Shown here one piece after another: positions 61,860 through 64,000 of a stretch of 64,000 nucleotides of DNA. The DNA is from Callorhinchus milii (taxonomy: Eukaryota). The translations under genes and the position numbers were made by a program. A model generated the notes under the pieces. The model was not told where the DNA came from, did not search any database, and was given only the letters and a program-made list of their open reading frames with translations. Each line of letters opens with the position of its first letter. The first letter of the stretch is position 1. The DNA lies in contig NW_024704742.1 in assembly GCF_018977255.1 (NCBI RefSeq), positions 116,438,001 to 116,502,000 of the forward strand. Direction: 5' to 3'.

Positions 61860-62690
61860 TGTACTCCAGTATTAATGGGAAGTGGACATGCAAAGATGAA
61901 CTCCAGAGAAGGTGTGGAGTGGCAGTGGAGGAAGCTGAGCTCTTACTATTCCTGGTGTCATTGGTCGTGAATTTCCATCAGAGTCTTTTTGGGGCCACTG
62001 GCAATATTGGCTGGCACAAGCAAAAGAGCAATGTGTGGTCGGAAATAAGGCACCAGGTCAATGTTGTTAATGTGTCCAGTGTATCCAGTATGGCATTAAA
62101 TGAACTGAAGGGAAAGGTAAGATGAACAGAACAGAATAATTTACATTGACGTGTTTCTAAGCACTTTGGAGACAGAATCACCTTCACAGTGGGCACATTT
62201 ACTTGTCAAGGGCCCTCACATGAGGACCTGGATTAAGCAGCTGGCCTTTAGTAAGCTTGGCATTAGACTTGGAACTCAAGAACATCAAGCTGTCCTTTAA
62301 AGGTCCTCCTACTATGCTGAAGGCAAATGTCCGCTATATAGTTGATGAGCGAAATCTGAGACTTCGGGCGACAGCTCCTGGACGTGTTACCTGGAGTCCA
62401 AGTTGATGAACACGCGTTCATACATTCAGCACCTGAAATCCACCTTGATTGGCTTGCATAGAGGTAAGCAGCTGTTCCACCAACTGGTGGAAACATCGCT
62501 CAAAGGGAAAGGATATGTGCCCGAACTGTGGACAGGAAGATGGCGGCGATGCTCTCACACTTTTCATGCTGAGCTGTGTTGTCCACCAGGAAGCTTGCAG
62601 GGAATTCCTGGTACCTAACATCCACCTAGTGAGGATTCAAACCTGTGATTATCAGATGTCAAATGGCCAACCGGTGACTATCCTCCTTGG
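61860..62690 (+). mobile_element. Possible Tx1/L1-clade ORF2 C-terminal relic
   Basis: Frameshifted peptides DVLPGVQV..HSAPEI..WLAxR and CPNCGQE...LSC echo the Tx1 SPEL..LAW..R..CP..CG.E..H..C zinc-knuckle region. Confidence 0.35.
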
Positions 62691-62714
62691 AGTGGGGGGA
62701 GGTAAATGGGGTCT

Positions 62715-62840
62715 CTTTGGAGCTGAACTACCCATAAAATATACAGTCAATCCACATCATAGTATATCCTTTGAAGCATTTTGAGACATCTCAATGATGT
62801 GATTAGGCGCTATATCAAATGCAAAGATTATTATTATTAA
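62715..62840 (+). mobile_element. SINE 3' fragment
   Basis: aatatacagtcaat...ggcgctatatcaaatgcaaaga(tta)n. Confidence 0.85.
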
Positions 62841-64000
62841 TAATAATCCCCCCTATTTCATGCAAACCTAAAACCTTTTAAGTGGTTTGGATGGGACAAC
62901 TGTATGTTCAAAAACAGATGCTAAAAACTCACCGGAATTTTGGTTGTGCATAATGGTTGTTTTATCCTTACCATCCCAAATTATATGTCATCTTAGTTTA
63001 CAAGATTAATGCCTCTCATAGAATTTCATTCCCTCTATTTCCTGGAATGCTCTTCCTAAATATTTTCTGATACATCCCCAGAGGTAGTCAAATAAAAAAA
63101 GTCAGAATGTTTGTCCATTCCCACATTTCTACTGTTCTACACTAGACTCCTTTCATCCACAAGCAACATTCCTTCCCCTTTCTCTGAATCCTCTGCCCCA
63201 TCCTCACCACCCCCACCACCCCACCTCTCCCCATCTCAGTAACACAGAAACCATTGTATCCTGTGGAGTATTTATTCATCTCAGTCTGTAACCATTCCTA
63301 TATCTAAAATACTATTTCAAACAGATATTTAGCCCATTATTTTTTTGAAACAGTGAATCATCACGGCATCAGTTAATTTTGCTTTTGTTGTGAATCTGCT
63401 CCATATACCTGACTTCGGAAGTCTGGAGGGGAATTTGGGAAAAGATAAATGCCTCCATAAAGAAATTGAGGCAGTGGTTAGCTAAGCCTATAGACTGAAT
63501 TTGATGCAAATCTGTTGAAGATATCTCAAGTTATTAAAATGACTCTTGAGGGCCAACATGTCAAAAGCAGCCATCTTAAATGTCATTGAAGCACCACTGT
63601 TCTAAGGGATTTATTTAATGGTTAGGCATGCCTGTTCCATATGCTCTTCTTAAAAAAAATTACAACCAAAACTTTCTCTCAATTCAATTCCTCATTGTCA
63701 GGACCACTGCCCCTCTTTATTAAATGCTTCCATAGGGGCAAAGTGCTCTGAAGCCACTTGTTTAAAACCTGTCCCAGCAGAGCACGAAAATCCAACGTTG
63801 ACAGACGCCTGAGTGGGAAAATGAAAGGAACCAAGACCAGTGCTAATGCAGTGAGATGGCACATCAGCTTCTTCTCACCTTTCAAGAATACTCTGTTAAT
63901 ACATTCTGCAGCTTCTGTTGTATTGGTTGTGGTCATTCCTATGTAGTTGCCGATGAAGGCTGCAGGACAAAAGGGTTTAGGGTCACCTTTGATCAGTGGA

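Noticed and set aside
1..64000. CRISPR array, operon or prokaryotic system
   Set aside because: No regularly spaced repeats and no gene-dense coding; the sequence is vertebrate retroposon-rich DNA

Overview
Non-coding, repeat-dense vertebrate DNA with no recognisable host protein-coding exon; it is either a gene desert or a large intron. The repeat set points to a cartilaginous fish, probably a chimaera (inference). It comprises L2-clade LINE fragments with (TTG)n tails, CR1 LINEs (one ~1.6 kb RT-to-3' copy ending in CCTATGTT repeats), a young tRNA(Ala-CGC)-headed SINE with CORE-like and Deu-like middle segments and an L2-type tail, many older DeuSINE copies, LF-SINE-like and other ancient SINEs, a palindromic MITE-like family and a possible Tx1 relic. 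All ORFs over 200 aa lie in L2 copies. The most interesting observations are: an L2 with a 5' inversion in twin-priming geometry at the window start; a 163-bp, ~94% identical inverted repeat around a 300-bp spacer (35973-36598); SINE-in-SINE nesting without a TSD; a 130-bp insert with a 14-bp TSD; locally templated duplications; an unclassified A-tailed repeat family; and several repeat-free blocks that look like conserved enhancers. Family names come from recalled consensus similarity, not database searches. Boundaries of old repeats are approximate. No new protein-coding system is supported.
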